From Lama glama (lineage: Eukaryota): a stretch of DNA of 64,000 nucleotides. Positions 26,430-38,055 of the stretch are shown in pieces; position 1 is the stretch's first letter, and every line of letters begins with the position of its first letter. Position numbers and translations under genes: made by a program. The DNA is taken from assembly GCA_028534125.1 (NCBI GenBank), contig CM052817.1:43650001-43714000 (forward strand). Direction: 5' to 3'. Under the pieces are notes generated by a model. The model was not told where the DNA came from, did not search any database, and worked only from the letters and a program-made list of their open reading frames with translations.

Positions 26430-27272
26430 ACATAGTGCAATATCCAAAGAAGACATACATAGCACATGAAACAATGCTCAATATCATTAGCCATCAGGAA
26501 AGTGCAAATCAAAACTACAGTGAGATCCCAATTATACCAATTATGATGGCTACAATCAAAATCTCAGGAAATAACCACAGTTGTAAAGGATGTGGGGAAA
26601 TTGGAACCCTCATACGTTGCAGGTGGGACTATAAAATGGTGCAGCCACTTTGGTGAACAGCTTGGCAGTTCCTTAAATGATTAAACATAGAGTGACCATG
26701 TGACTAGCAATTCCACTGCTAGGTATAAATGCAAGAGAGCTGAAAACATATACTCACACACAAACTTGCTCACTAATGTTTATAGCAGCATTATTCACAA
26801 GAGCCAAAAGTAGAAGCAGCCCTAATTGCATCAACTGATGAATGGATAAGCAAAAAGCAGTATATCCATACAGCGGAATATTATTTAGCAATAAAAAGGA
26901 ATGAAGCACTGTTACATGCTACAAGCTGGATGAACTTTGAAAAGATTACGCTAAGTGAAAGAAGCCAGTCACAAAAGATCACATAGTGAATTATCTCATT
27001 TAGAGGAAATGTCCAGAATAAGTTACACTATACAGACAGAAAGCAGAACAGTGGCTGGCTACAGCCGGGGCAGGGTGAGGAGTAGGGAATAACACTGGGA
27101 GGGAGATGGTGACTGCTAAAAGGTAGGGGCTCTCTTCTATGCAGTGATAAAATGTTCTAAAATTGATTGTGGTGAAGGTTGCACAACTCTGCAGATGTAC
27201 TAAAAACCACTGAATTGTATACTTTTAAATGACTTAATCATATGGTATGTAAATCCTATCATAATAAATCTG
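26430..27272 (+). mobile_element. L1MB-type 3' end (ORF2 C-terminal remnant plus 3'UTR)
   Basis: 'gcaaatcaaaactacagtgagat', 'ggtgcagccactttgg', 'gctaagtgaaagaagccagtcacaaaag'. Confidence 0.9.
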
Positions 27273-27320
27273 TCATCATCATCATCATCATTATCATCAT
27301 CATCATCATCATCATCATCA
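27273..27320. repeat. (CAT)n microsatellite at the L1 tail
   Basis: Directly visible. Confidence 0.95.
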
Positions 27321-27324
27321 TACA

Positions 27325-27715
27325 GTGGTGGCCGAAACAAGTGGCTAAACAATAAGGAAATTTTTTCTTAACTAAGAAGTTCAAAGGTAAGGTGTTTCTA
27401 GGCTTGGTTAATTCAGTAGGTTGACAGCAACACTAAGGACCCCAATTCTGTTCTTTCTGTTCTGACATGCTAAGGTGGCACTCTGTCCTTAAGCTTGGTC
27501 CCCTGATGACCAGAGTATTTCTGTAGCTGTTTCACAGCAGCAGATACCACCACAGCCAGAGGAACAATAGACAGACTCTCTCCTGAATATTCTTTTGGGA
27601 TTTCCCAGAATCTTGCAATACATTTCCCCTTGCCTCTCAGAGTCCAGCATAGCATCTTATGCCATGCCTTGACCCATCACAAGCCAGGGAAGGGAAGAAT
27701 GGACATGCCTAGATC
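27325..27715 (-). mobile_element. Old MLT1-like LTR fragment (appears to resume at ~28955-29120)
   Basis: 'agtggctaaacaataagg...aagaagttcaaaggtaagg...aaggaccccaattctgttc'. Confidence 0.5.
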
Positions 27716-27899
27716 ATCGGCCTTCAAACTGATGGTATTAGAGTTCGGTGCCCCTGGGGCTGCATGAAGTCTCCACAAGGACACAGTGAGAACAGATAAT
27801 TTAAGCAATTTCAAGACCCGACATCCGTATGCTTTCTAAGAATAGGCTAAGCCTTTCACTAATTTTCCATGCTATAAAAGAGAGGCATACCTCTCCCCT

Positions 27900-28950
27900 A
27901 TCCTGAATTTTCATTCAGTGTAATGCTCTGATATGTTAAAATCTCAGGAACACCAAACTCAGGCCATTTTGAAATATCAATGTAGGTGTTAAGAAGGTAC
28001 TCTAATAATTCACAACTCATCCTTCTGCAGATCAGGCAATTAGGAATCCTTAGCTTTTAATAAAATTGAAGAGGGACCTAATCAAGTTGTCAGCTGATCA
28101 TTAAAAATAATTTTTAATGATAGATTACAATTGATTTTTGGCCTATAACTTAGAAGTTTAGAAGGAGTTCAAAGAGGCCATAATAAATTCCTATCTACTT
28201 ATTATGTGAACAGGATTTCACTGAGTTTACATCCAGACAAGTGAAAAATGGGGATAGAATTGATGCTGAACTGTGTCTCATCTAGCAATAAATAATATGC
28301 ATTCTACATGAGCTAATTGAAGGGCAAAAAGGCCCATCCATCTCATTAAGAGATGTGTTTCCAATAAAACTGTACTTCCTAACATTTAACAAGTATTTAT
28401 CAAAACTTGTAATGTATTTGTGTTGTTTTGCTCAACTGTGATAACTCAATTCAAAAGAAATTATTTAACGTTCAAAAGCCTTATGTTCACAGGAAACATT
28501 ACAAATGCTTTAGTTTAAATTTATATACATATTTTTTGCAGAGAAGTATAATAGGGCAATCAATAAAAGACTTTCAAGCATAAATATAAATTACATAAGG
28601 ATAAATTCTGTGGGAAAATTGGATCAGAAATGAAAGTTTGAGAAAGAAACAATGTACATTTCCTACAAAGATGAGTTGGTGTATTTTTTATAGATGATGG
28701 TTGGAATCAAATTGCTATAGTATTCAGATTCCACTGAGTATCATTGAGTATACTGACATTTTAGGATAGAACTGTAACAGTCCTAAAATGTCAATGTTTT
28801 CCATATGCAAAAAATTACATCCACTGCAACTCATGCATCTTACCATAAAAAATTTTAGGTATGAAACTGTAAGTGTTTAAAGAGGAATATTGTTTTCAAA
28901 ATTATTTTGAGGGGATATGAGTAGATAAGAAGAAAGAGAAAAAGAGCACT
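27900..28950. mobile_element. hAT-Charlie (Charlie7-like) DNA transposon remnant
   Basis: Decayed transposase-end motifs 'ctacttattatgtgaacaggatttc', 'catccatctcattaagagatg'; terminus '...gagcactg'. Confidence 0.6.
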
Positions 28951-29475
28951 GACTTAGGTCAAAGAAAATTCATCACCAAGCCTGGGGAGGGGCCCCACCT
29001 CTTCTAAAGGATATGGTCATGAGGAAAGTGCCTGGAAATAATTAGTTCCTTGAGGAAGGAGGGAAGGGGAAGAAGAACAAATCCTTCTTATGTAAGTAGA
29101 TTTTCTGTCCACCTATTCTTGACCTACAATGCCCTGAGGCAGCTGCCACGGCCTAGAGTTCCCTGTCATCTACTTCCAGACTCTGTGGCACCTATATATC
29201 TCTAGGTGACATGAGCAGGTGGGTGGAGGTTCCATCATAATGAGGCTGGGAGAGCCAGTGATAAGATTCTTGCCTATTTATCTCCCAGGTTTCTAAGAGG
29301 GTCTGAATCCCAAGGAGTATGGTTCTCTCAGTTTTACCCCCAGCATCTCCTTTCCAGATGAAAAATCACTCTGAGAGCCTGGGGCAGGGGGAGAGTGGTA
29401 AGTCCGTGTGTTGCTCAAAACTATACCTAGAATCACTGTTCTTTCTTGGTCATAAGTTTTCCTACAAAGTCTATG

Positions 29476-29670
29476 CAGGTGTTGTCCAATATGGTAGCTA
29501 CTAGCCACATGTGGCTATTTATATTTAATTAAGAATAAGATTTATAATCCCCTTCCTCCAGTTTCACACTAACCACATTTCAAATGCTCAATAGCCACAT
29601 GTAGAGTGGCCACCAACACATATATAGAACATTTTCACTGTTGCAGCAAGTTCTGGAAGGTTCCACAGCG
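29476..29670 (-). mobile_element. MER3 hAT-Charlie MITE
   Basis: 'tgtccaatatggtagctactagccacatgtggctattt...ctcaatagccacatgt'. Confidence 0.85.
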
Positions 29671-30448
29671 TCAAACGTCATCCTCATTTGTGGGATTCTC
29701 CTCTCAGGAAACCGGTTATCTCTCCTTAGTCTTGCTTGCTTATCCTTGGCTCCATACTGTCCCATCCTCCAAGCCTAAGACATCACATCACACGTCTGAA
29801 TTCCAGTTGTTTTCAGGGCTGAAGCTCCTTCTTGTGGGGATACCAGGCCCCTGACAAGTCACAGAATATAGCTAAACACTAGTTTAACATATTCAAGCTT
29901 TCAGCGCCAGGTAGGGAGGTCTTGTTTTTCTAGCACAGAAAGGAGGACAGATTTGGGGGCAGCATATGCCAACATCATCCACCTGCATATCTCAGTTCAA
30001 TTCGGATTCAGCAAGACGTCTTAGGATAGATTTAAAAGGTAATGTAGTTATGAAGAATTTAAAAGGAAAAAAAGCATAGCTTTGCCACACAAATGGAAGA
30101 TCAGAAGTCAACTGAGAATAAATATTCCATAACTAGAAAAGAATTTCAGGTGGTAAAGTGAGCCCAAAACGAATGCATCCCAAGACGCACCTCATGGAAT
30201 GTGTGCATCTCACGTCTGTCTTGTAAAGCAGCTTTGTACAGTTTAAACAAATATTCCTGGCAAAAGCAGAATTAAGCATAGAAAATATTATTTCACACTG
30301 CATTTCACAAAGCAGACACATCACTAGCTATTCACACGTACAAACTCTGAACAATAGAATATATCTTATTAAGATAAAACCTATTCCACTTAGAAAAGGT
30401 TTTTTTTTTTGCTGACATCTCTTCTATGATAGAAAAAAATGACTTAAA

Positions 30449-30530
30449 TGTGTGTGTGTATATATATATATGGACATGGAAATATATATATATATACAAA
30501 CAAACACACACACACACACACACACATATA
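30449..30530. repeat. Compound (TG)/(TA)/(CA) microsatellite
   Basis: Directly visible. Confidence 0.9.
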
Positions 30531-30575
30531 AAATGACCAGGAAATAAGGCTCAACAGCTTTGCCCAAGCACTTAC

Positions 30576-30720
30576 CTAGGCTTCTACTCCTAAACGCCTG
30601 AGCGCACCAGCCTCTCTACATAACCCTGCTGAACACAGCAGTTACGCCTCCTCCTCTAACCCACAGCAGTCCATACAGGAATGCTCTCTGCAGCCCTGAG
30701 GGAATAAATCAATCAAGCCC
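30576..30720 (-). other. Candidate alternative first exon (5' end undefined)
   Basis: Strong donor TAG|gtaagt at 30575 with no good acceptor; local CpGs and TEAD-like CATTCCT. Confidence 0.3.
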
Positions 30721-33479
30721 TTCCAGGCATACACACTGTGGTATCTATTTTGGCTATTCATACAGGCCTTTGTCGTTAATTCCTGTTTCTTAGCTGTGCC
30801 CCAAACAGGTGAGTTGGCCAAAGAGCTGAGTAATCAAAGGCGAGATGTCATTCCTTTTGTGTGGTATGTGTTGCACATAGTAGCACACCTATTCATGCTT
30901 GGGCCCAATCAGGGATCCAAAACATGGCAGTTTTCAAGACAGGACTAATGGCAGAATAGTTTTAATGGTTAGACACCAAAAAAAAAATCATTAATGATTA
31001 GATACCAAAAAAACAAACAGACAAACAAAAAAAAGGTTAGACACACACACACAAACACTGCAATAAGGAGATAACTGTAAATATTGAAAACGAAAGCTCT
31101 TAGGTCTGGCTCCTAATTTTTTCCATGTTTTATTACATCATCAGTTTGGGGTAAAAAAATGAGATGTTAGAACAGAGGAATGTAGATGAGAAAAGCTGAG
31201 GCGTATACCAAAGAAGAAGGAGAAGGAGGAGCAGGAGGAGGCGGAGAAGACACAGAGTTTAGGAGCCATGCCCAAAAGCAGAGACATAGAATAACTTCCA
31301 CACTAACACTGAGCTGTTTCTGACATCCACACACAGAATCTTTACAAGGAGATAAAACAACAATAAGAAATGAAACAAAGCATTAAGCCATGATTTTTAA
31401 GGAAGGTTCTAGCTATAGAAAGCCATGTGATGCCAATGGCCCCCAAAGTTTTTTTCAGAAAGACCCTTTTAACTTACATTTCTGTTTCTTTGTTCTTTCT
31501 CTCCAGTATATCCCCCAATGTTTCCATACAGTTCTCTTACATAAATACTCAAATATTTTGGACTCACACTGACAGAAAATTACATGGGTCCTTCCACCCA
31601 AGACATCTTCAATATCCTATTCTTTCCTACCCAATTCCCACCTACGTTCCTTTGCCTGAACTACCAAAACTCAGTCAGCTTCTCTTTGGTTTGAATCAGT
31701 GGCATCTATAATCCTTGAGCTGTAAGGACTCCCCTCTACTATACAAAACTCATGCTGAGAAATATCAGCACAAGCATGAAATGCAACTTACGTCTAAACA
31801 TTGAGTCACTAACATTCTTTGATTAAATACAAATGGGCTGTGTTTTGATCTCCTTTCCCTAAAAGCAGTCTTTGAGGGTCTCATTGAAGAGAAGAAAATA
31901 AGTTTAATATCCTAAATAAAGTTTCCTTACACTTGGAAAGGAAAGCTTAATTCATAGCCACTAAATTAAGGATAGAGAAATTAACAAACTTCTTAATTTT
32001 TCCAATATCACAAAACTGCTATCTTTCTTCCATATTTTTAGGAGTCAAAGAGGGGGAACTTTTGGACACTGTAACTCCAAAAACCCTAGAAATGATAACC
32101 CTTTCAGATAACGGTGTGAAGCTCCTAATACCTGCAGTGCCCTGGTTTACCTTCCTCTGCTACCATTCCTCACAGTAGGACAATGAGTTTGCCACGGAAG
32201 CTGTACAGCAAATCATCAGCTCATTCCAGAGGACTAGCCCCCACGCATTGAGCTCCATCTTTCCAGTCAATACATTTTCAGTCTCCATTACAGACTGTTT
32301 TCTCTTTGTACCAGTCATTTATCAAAGGAAGATAAATGAAACAAAGAACTAAGTATCCAAGAAATGTTCCAAACAAGCATTTCAAGAAAACAATAAAACA
32401 TTCCATTTCAAAATGCGTTAATATTTAACCTACTACCCATTTACTTCACACCCTTCCAAGTCACCAAAAAAAATAAAAACCATCGTGGCCCTAATTCATC
32501 AATTCTGCCCATTTTTCTTGCTGTGTATTCTTTTCAAATAAGTAAAGGTATTTTATAGTGTGAAATGGGTCCAACTTTCTTAACTTCAGGTAAAGGCAAG
32601 TAAACATGGGTGCTAGCCCAGGGCTGACCACAATGGGGGTAATCAAGAGAGAAGGCGACCTGATTCCGATGATGCTTTCTCTAGCCTTGTTGATCAGGCC
32701 AATCAAGCAGATGGCAGCTCTCACTTAAGGCTTAGTAAACAAGCCACACAGCCTCTAAATGTCTATTTATCCTTGTGGAGAACATCTGCTCCCATCTCTC
32801 TGGCCAGCACCCTCTCATTGTTAAAACTGCCCTCCTCTACTTGGTCATGTGGATAAATCATAAGGTTTCTTCCTCCCCGATGAGAGCGTGATTATATCTG
32901 GGGGTACAATCCTTGACTCAACCCAGACCAAGCAGAGATTCTCCTCGAACTGTGACTGGCGGTATCACTCCAAAAGGCAGCTCTCAGTGAATATGAGCTA
33001 TTTGAACTGTGTAAACCAACGCTGCCACCACAAAGAGGCTGCCTAAGACGGTGCCAACCCAGAGTAACGCACAGCCAGGAGAGGTGCCATGTGAGCACAG
33101 GGGCGCAGCTGCACCTGAAAGTAAACTCTTGGGCTTCCAGGTTAAGGGAGCAATAAATTACAGGCTTTGCTTGGGCCAGTTTGAACTGCATTTCTATCGC
33201 TTACACCGAATCCTAAATAACATAATCTATTTACTTTTCCCTGCTTTGCTTTTCTCCTTGAAAAAGAAACTGGTCTAAGTGGTCCCTGCCACTTAAAATC
33301 CGATTCCTCTCCATCCATCTACCCCTTCTTAATTTTCTCCATCCACAGTTTCTTCATTCTCATAACTCCTATCCCCTCTCTCCTCTGGTTCCATACTCTC
33401 TACTTATAAGCTTTCTCCCTCAACTTTTGACATGAAATGAGTTTTCCCCCTTATTAGACTCTAATCAGAGAAAGGCACA

Positions 33480-34050
33480 TTTTAAAATATAATTTTAATC
33501 ACAGGGTTTGAATTGAGTACTCTGCCTTTCACTTAACATTACCTCATAAATTGTCTACACAGCCAAATGCTCTTCACATCTATTATTTTAATGGCTATAT
33601 AATGTCCCATGTCAACTTAATCTACGATGATTTACTTAACCACTCCTCTAATGTCTAATATAGGCATTTAGATAACTTGTTAGTTTATAATATAAATAAT
33701 GCTGGAAAGAACACTTTATCTATAATTTTTTGTCTATAATTTTTTATCTATAATTTTCTTTCTTCTAAATTGATTCCTTAGAGCAAATTTCCAGAAGTTT
33801 CATCAAAACTAGATTTGATCATTTAAATTTTTTTCTAATAGGTATAAGATGATATCCTATTATCAGTTTAATTCTTACTTGGGTTACTAACAATGATTCT
33901 TCTTAATATATTTGTTTGCTACATGTATTTTCTTTATAATTCTAATTCTTTGAAAAATCTGTATTCTATTTGAGTTTTTTTAGTTGTACATTGTTAGATA
34001 TTTTTTGAATTTTGTCAAATTTGTCAATATTGTCTTCCATTCCATTGCCC
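33480..34050 (-). mobile_element. Old L1ME-like fragment
   Basis: AT-rich reverse L1 3' motifs 'tattttaatggctatataat', 'aataatgctggaaagaacact'. Confidence 0.55.
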
Positions 34051-34089
34051 TTTAAAAATCAAGCATCCAAAAATCAAGCGTTGGTTTCA

Positions 34090-34650
34090 TCCTTATGTCA
34101 GAATTCTCTATTAATACCAGCCAACAGGAGTGAAAATTAGTACAACTTCCCTGAAGGGCAATTTGGTGATGTTCATTATACGTGTATACAAAATGCTTTT
34201 TAAAAATGTATATCATGTGGCTCAAAAATTGTATTTCTAAGAAATTTACCCTCAGGAAATAAAGGGGTACAAGAATGTTCATCACAGTGTTTCCTACAAT
34301 ACTAATATATTGTAATATGAATACCAATTAATAGGGATGGCTAAAATAAGCTACAGTGTATCCATGAAGGATTTATAATATAGACCAATAAATACTGACA
34401 TAAAAAGATATTATGTAGTATTAAATTTTTAAAAAGTGACAAAAAGTGTATATTGTGATGTCTGTTTGTTACATATACACACATACACTTATAAAAAAAG
34501 TTCTGTAATAAATTTACTTAATATTTAGCAGTAATTATTTTTGTTTGTGGAATTACAGAAATTAAGAGAGACGTTTTCCTTTTTTATATTATATGTTTGT
34601 CTGGCTTCTTTTCTTTTAGAACAAGCTTATATTACTTGAAATATAATAAA
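34090..34650 (+). mobile_element. Old L1ME-like 3' fragment
   Basis: 'aaattagtacaacttccctgaagggcaatttgg...tttctaagaaatttaccct'. Confidence 0.6.
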
Positions 34651-35894
34651 TAAAATAATATGGCTATTCACATTTAGAAAAACCAAAGAAGAAAGTTATC
34701 ATCATCAACAATTGGTATGATATTCTGGATTTTGTGGTTTGGTTTTTTAAAAAACATAATATTTACCCTTTTCAAGTGTTTTCTTCTTAACTCTAATTTA
34801 TTTATAGTACAAAAAATGAAATTCTTAGTTTTAAACATAGACTCTGGCTTACTAAGTATCCTTGACCTTAATAAATTTGCATAAAAACACCTCACAGGAA
34901 TACACATGCCTTGATGCTCACACTATTTCTTCTATTATGCTTTATATTTATCTCCTGACTTATAATTGAGGTTTTTTTCCTCCCAGTCATCAGTGAAACA
35001 GAGTAAGAAACGTAAAAAGATGTTTTTTCTTCAACAGCTTAATTCATTCTACTAAAGAACCATGAGTTAGTTTCTCTCCTTTTCCTAAGCACTTGAGTTA
35101 TCTTGGTCCCATAAAATCTCCCTGTCTTCTCCTCCTAATTCCTCAAACTATTAAGAATCTTTTCTAGCAGTTCATATTATTCCAGAGGTCCTACCATTCC
35201 ATAAAGTATCTTATCACAGTTGATCTTTCTTTCAACAAAAATATATTTTAAATGTAGGAATGAGAAATCTGATAAAATTCAAAAAGCTAACAAAAGATAA
35301 TAAGTTCTGTTGTCCGGCATGAGAGTAAAATTATACTCGTCAAAATCTGGGGTAGGATATATAAAATAAAGTCTTCAGTTTAAAAATGTAATACAGTAAA
35401 ATGTACTTTATTTATCTTAATACTATCCAGAACATAATTTAATCTTTGCAAACTGTGAAGTAGAAATGAGCAATGCCAACTAAAGAGGAAAGAGAAAGAT
35501 TCCACCACCACCTGAGGGGGAGTCATTATGAATATCCATATTAAAGGAGTGGATTAATGCCTATTAATAGGGAGATTCACTTGACATAATGCCAGATGAT
35601 CCTGTTTTTGCTGAACTATTAATGAATATAACAGTACCGACTCACTGTTGGAATATGTCTGCACATTGGTCTTTTTTTCCCCAGAAATGATGATCGGTTA
35701 CATGGAGCCACCTACACCCTCTCCAAAGCTCTGCAGAGCAACTATAACTGGACTCTGCTGAAAAAGAGAAGAGGGAGGGACAGGGCAGAGGAGGCTGCCA
35801 TGATTTCTCACTTTCAACAATACACTAATCAATTTGTAGTGATAGAGTTTGAATTCAAGAGCAAATGATTTCCATTTCAAAGGGTCCCCTAGAA

Positions 35895-36355
35895 AGTAAT
35901 TCAAATGCTTTATTCCAGGCCCTATGTGATCTGGAGTTTAAAAACCCCTTTCCAGTGTTTTATCCCACCACTGCTCACACTTTAATCAAACTGGACTGCC
36001 TTTGCCACTTCTGCTCTTATTCATACTGATCCCCTATCTAAAGAGTCATTCCCTCATCTCTTTCAATTCTAAACTGACCCTTATTTTAAGGCCAAGATCA
36101 AAAGTGATTTCCTCCATGAATAACAGTATTATCAATCACTAGCACACACTTGCTACTTACTAGTGGGCACTTAACATGAACTCCCCAGTACTTTCATGTA
36201 TTATCTCATTTAACCTTACAGGAGCTCTATAATACATGCACAACTATTACCAACATTTTAAAGATGAAGAAAGTAGTCCAAGGTCAAACAGCAGTGAAGA
36301 GCTCAGACTCAGACTCAAGAAGTCTGAATCTAGAGCTCCCACCCTTAACTATGCT
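35895..36355. mobile_element. L2 fragment followed by MIR fragment
   Basis: 'ccaggccctatgtgatctgg' (L2); 'atctcatttaaccttaca...aaagatgaagaaag' (MIR). Confidence 0.55.
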
Positions 36356-36684
36356 TCTATATTCTGTACTGACACTTACCTCAAACTGCTTTCAACTGAG
36401 TTCATGATCTTACTGTAGGGTATCAGAATGTTTTCGGCTACAGTAACATTAAATACTATTTATATTGGAGTAAACAACGAGGGAATTTCTTAGCTCGTAT
36501 AACAATTCTCCAGGAATATCAGTTCTTCTGCTGCTTAAATTGGCAGATCAACAACCAAACTCCTTAAGAAACTAAACTCTTCCCATTTTTTTCCTAATGG
36601 TTGCAAAACAGTTGCAGGAGCTCCAGGGATCGCATCTTCACATGACAATGTTCAAAGACAAAGTTTTAAAATTTCCCATTAATA

Positions 36685-37734
36685 TGGGAGAAAATATTTG
36701 CAAATGATATGACCCTTAATGGGTTAATATCCAAAACGTATAAACAGCTCATACAACTCAACATCAAAAAATAAACAACTGGATTTAAAAATGGGCAAAA
36801 GATATAAACAGACATTTTTCTAAAGATGACATACAGATGGCTATTAGGCACATAAAAAGATGCTCAGCATCACTAATTATTACAGAAATGCAAATCAAAA
36901 CCACAATGAGATACCACCTGACACCTGTCAGAATGGCTATCGTCAATCAACAAATAAATGTTAGCAAAGATGTGGAGAAAAGGGAACCCTTGTACATTGT
37001 TGGTGGGAACACAAATTGGTGCAGCCACTGTGGAAAACAGTGTAGAGGTTCCTCAAGAAACTAAAAATAGAACTACCATATGATGCAAGAATCCACTCCT
37101 AGGTATATATCTGAAAAAAAGAATTATTAATTGAAAGATACATGCACACCAATGTTCACAAGGAGCATTATTTATAACAGCTAAGACATGGAAGCAACTC
37201 AAGTGTCCATCAACAGATGAATGGATAAATAAAATGTGGCATATATATATACAATGGGATATGATAAAAAGAATGGAATTCGGCCACTTGCAACAACGTG
37301 GATGGATTAGTGAGTATTATGCTTAATGAACTAAGACAGAGAAAGACAAAAACTATATTGTTATCACTTATATGTGGAATCTTAAAAATAAAACAAACAA
37401 ATGTATATAACAAAACAGAAACAGTCTCACAGATGTAGAAAAAAACTAGTGGATACCAGTGGGGAGAGGTAAGGTATAGGGGCAAGACAGGGGTTTGGGA
37501 TTAAGAAATATAAACTACTATGTATAAAATAGATAAGCAATAAGGATACATTGTACAGCACAGGGAAACAAATAATCTATAAAAATATCAAATCACTATG
37601 CTGTACACCTGAAACTAATACATTTTAAGTCAACTATATTTCAATACATACATACATACATACATACATACATACATAAAATTGAAAACCCAAACCCCCC
37701 CCAAAATTTAAAATAATAATAATAATAATATAAT
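36685..37734 (+). mobile_element. 5'-truncated L1 with (CATA)n/(AAT)n tail and 14-bp TSD
   Basis: ORF2 C-terminal remnant ([17 protein letters not shown]); TSD atttcccattaata 36671-36684 / atctcccattaata 37735-37748. Confidence 0.92.
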
Positions 37735-37972
37735 ATCTCCCATTAATAAAGCATTCCTGTTTCTCCTGAGGTTTCCATCTTGTGAAGGCATATCACCTTA
37801 CAATGCCAGGGCTGTCTTATCCCTGGAAGCTGGTATGATTGAGCTAACTAGTAAATTTAAAATAGTAACTGGTTGTGCTTGACTCAGTTTTGTCTTCCTC
37901 CCTCTTCTAGGAAGCAAACCTTTCAACCAAGAACGTAAGTTTTCTTTTGCTACTTCAAACAGTAATTCTTAC

Positions 37973-38055
37973 CTGAGCAGTTCCCCCAGGAAAGTTCTGT
38001 CTGTGATGCCTGGTCTGCTGGATTGTGGGGGTTTGGAATCAGTAAGCCTATTTGG
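37973..38055 (-). other. Weak candidate cassette exon or pseudoexon (83 nt)
   Basis: ttaattttcatag| ... CAG|gtaaga. Confidence 0.2.

Noticed and set aside
29476..29670. Palindromic hairpin-like sequence as a possible miRNA/ncRNA (also 42165-42381)
   Set aside because: Explained by the internal inverted repeats of MER3
33716..33760. Three copies of a ~14-bp unit (tctataatttttt)
   Set aside because: Local slippage repeat within an old L1; no spacers, not CRISPR-like
33480..34650. Head-to-head old L1 fragments as a twin-priming inversion or dsRNA hairpin
   Set aside because: Both cover the same L1 region, so they are independent insertions, and they are too diverged to pair stably
36837..37064. 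ORFs resembling L1 ORF2 (also 26435-26656, 40886-41161, 61161-61361, 62361-62576)
   Set aside because: Truncated, frameshifted L1 C-terminal remnants, not host genes or active elements
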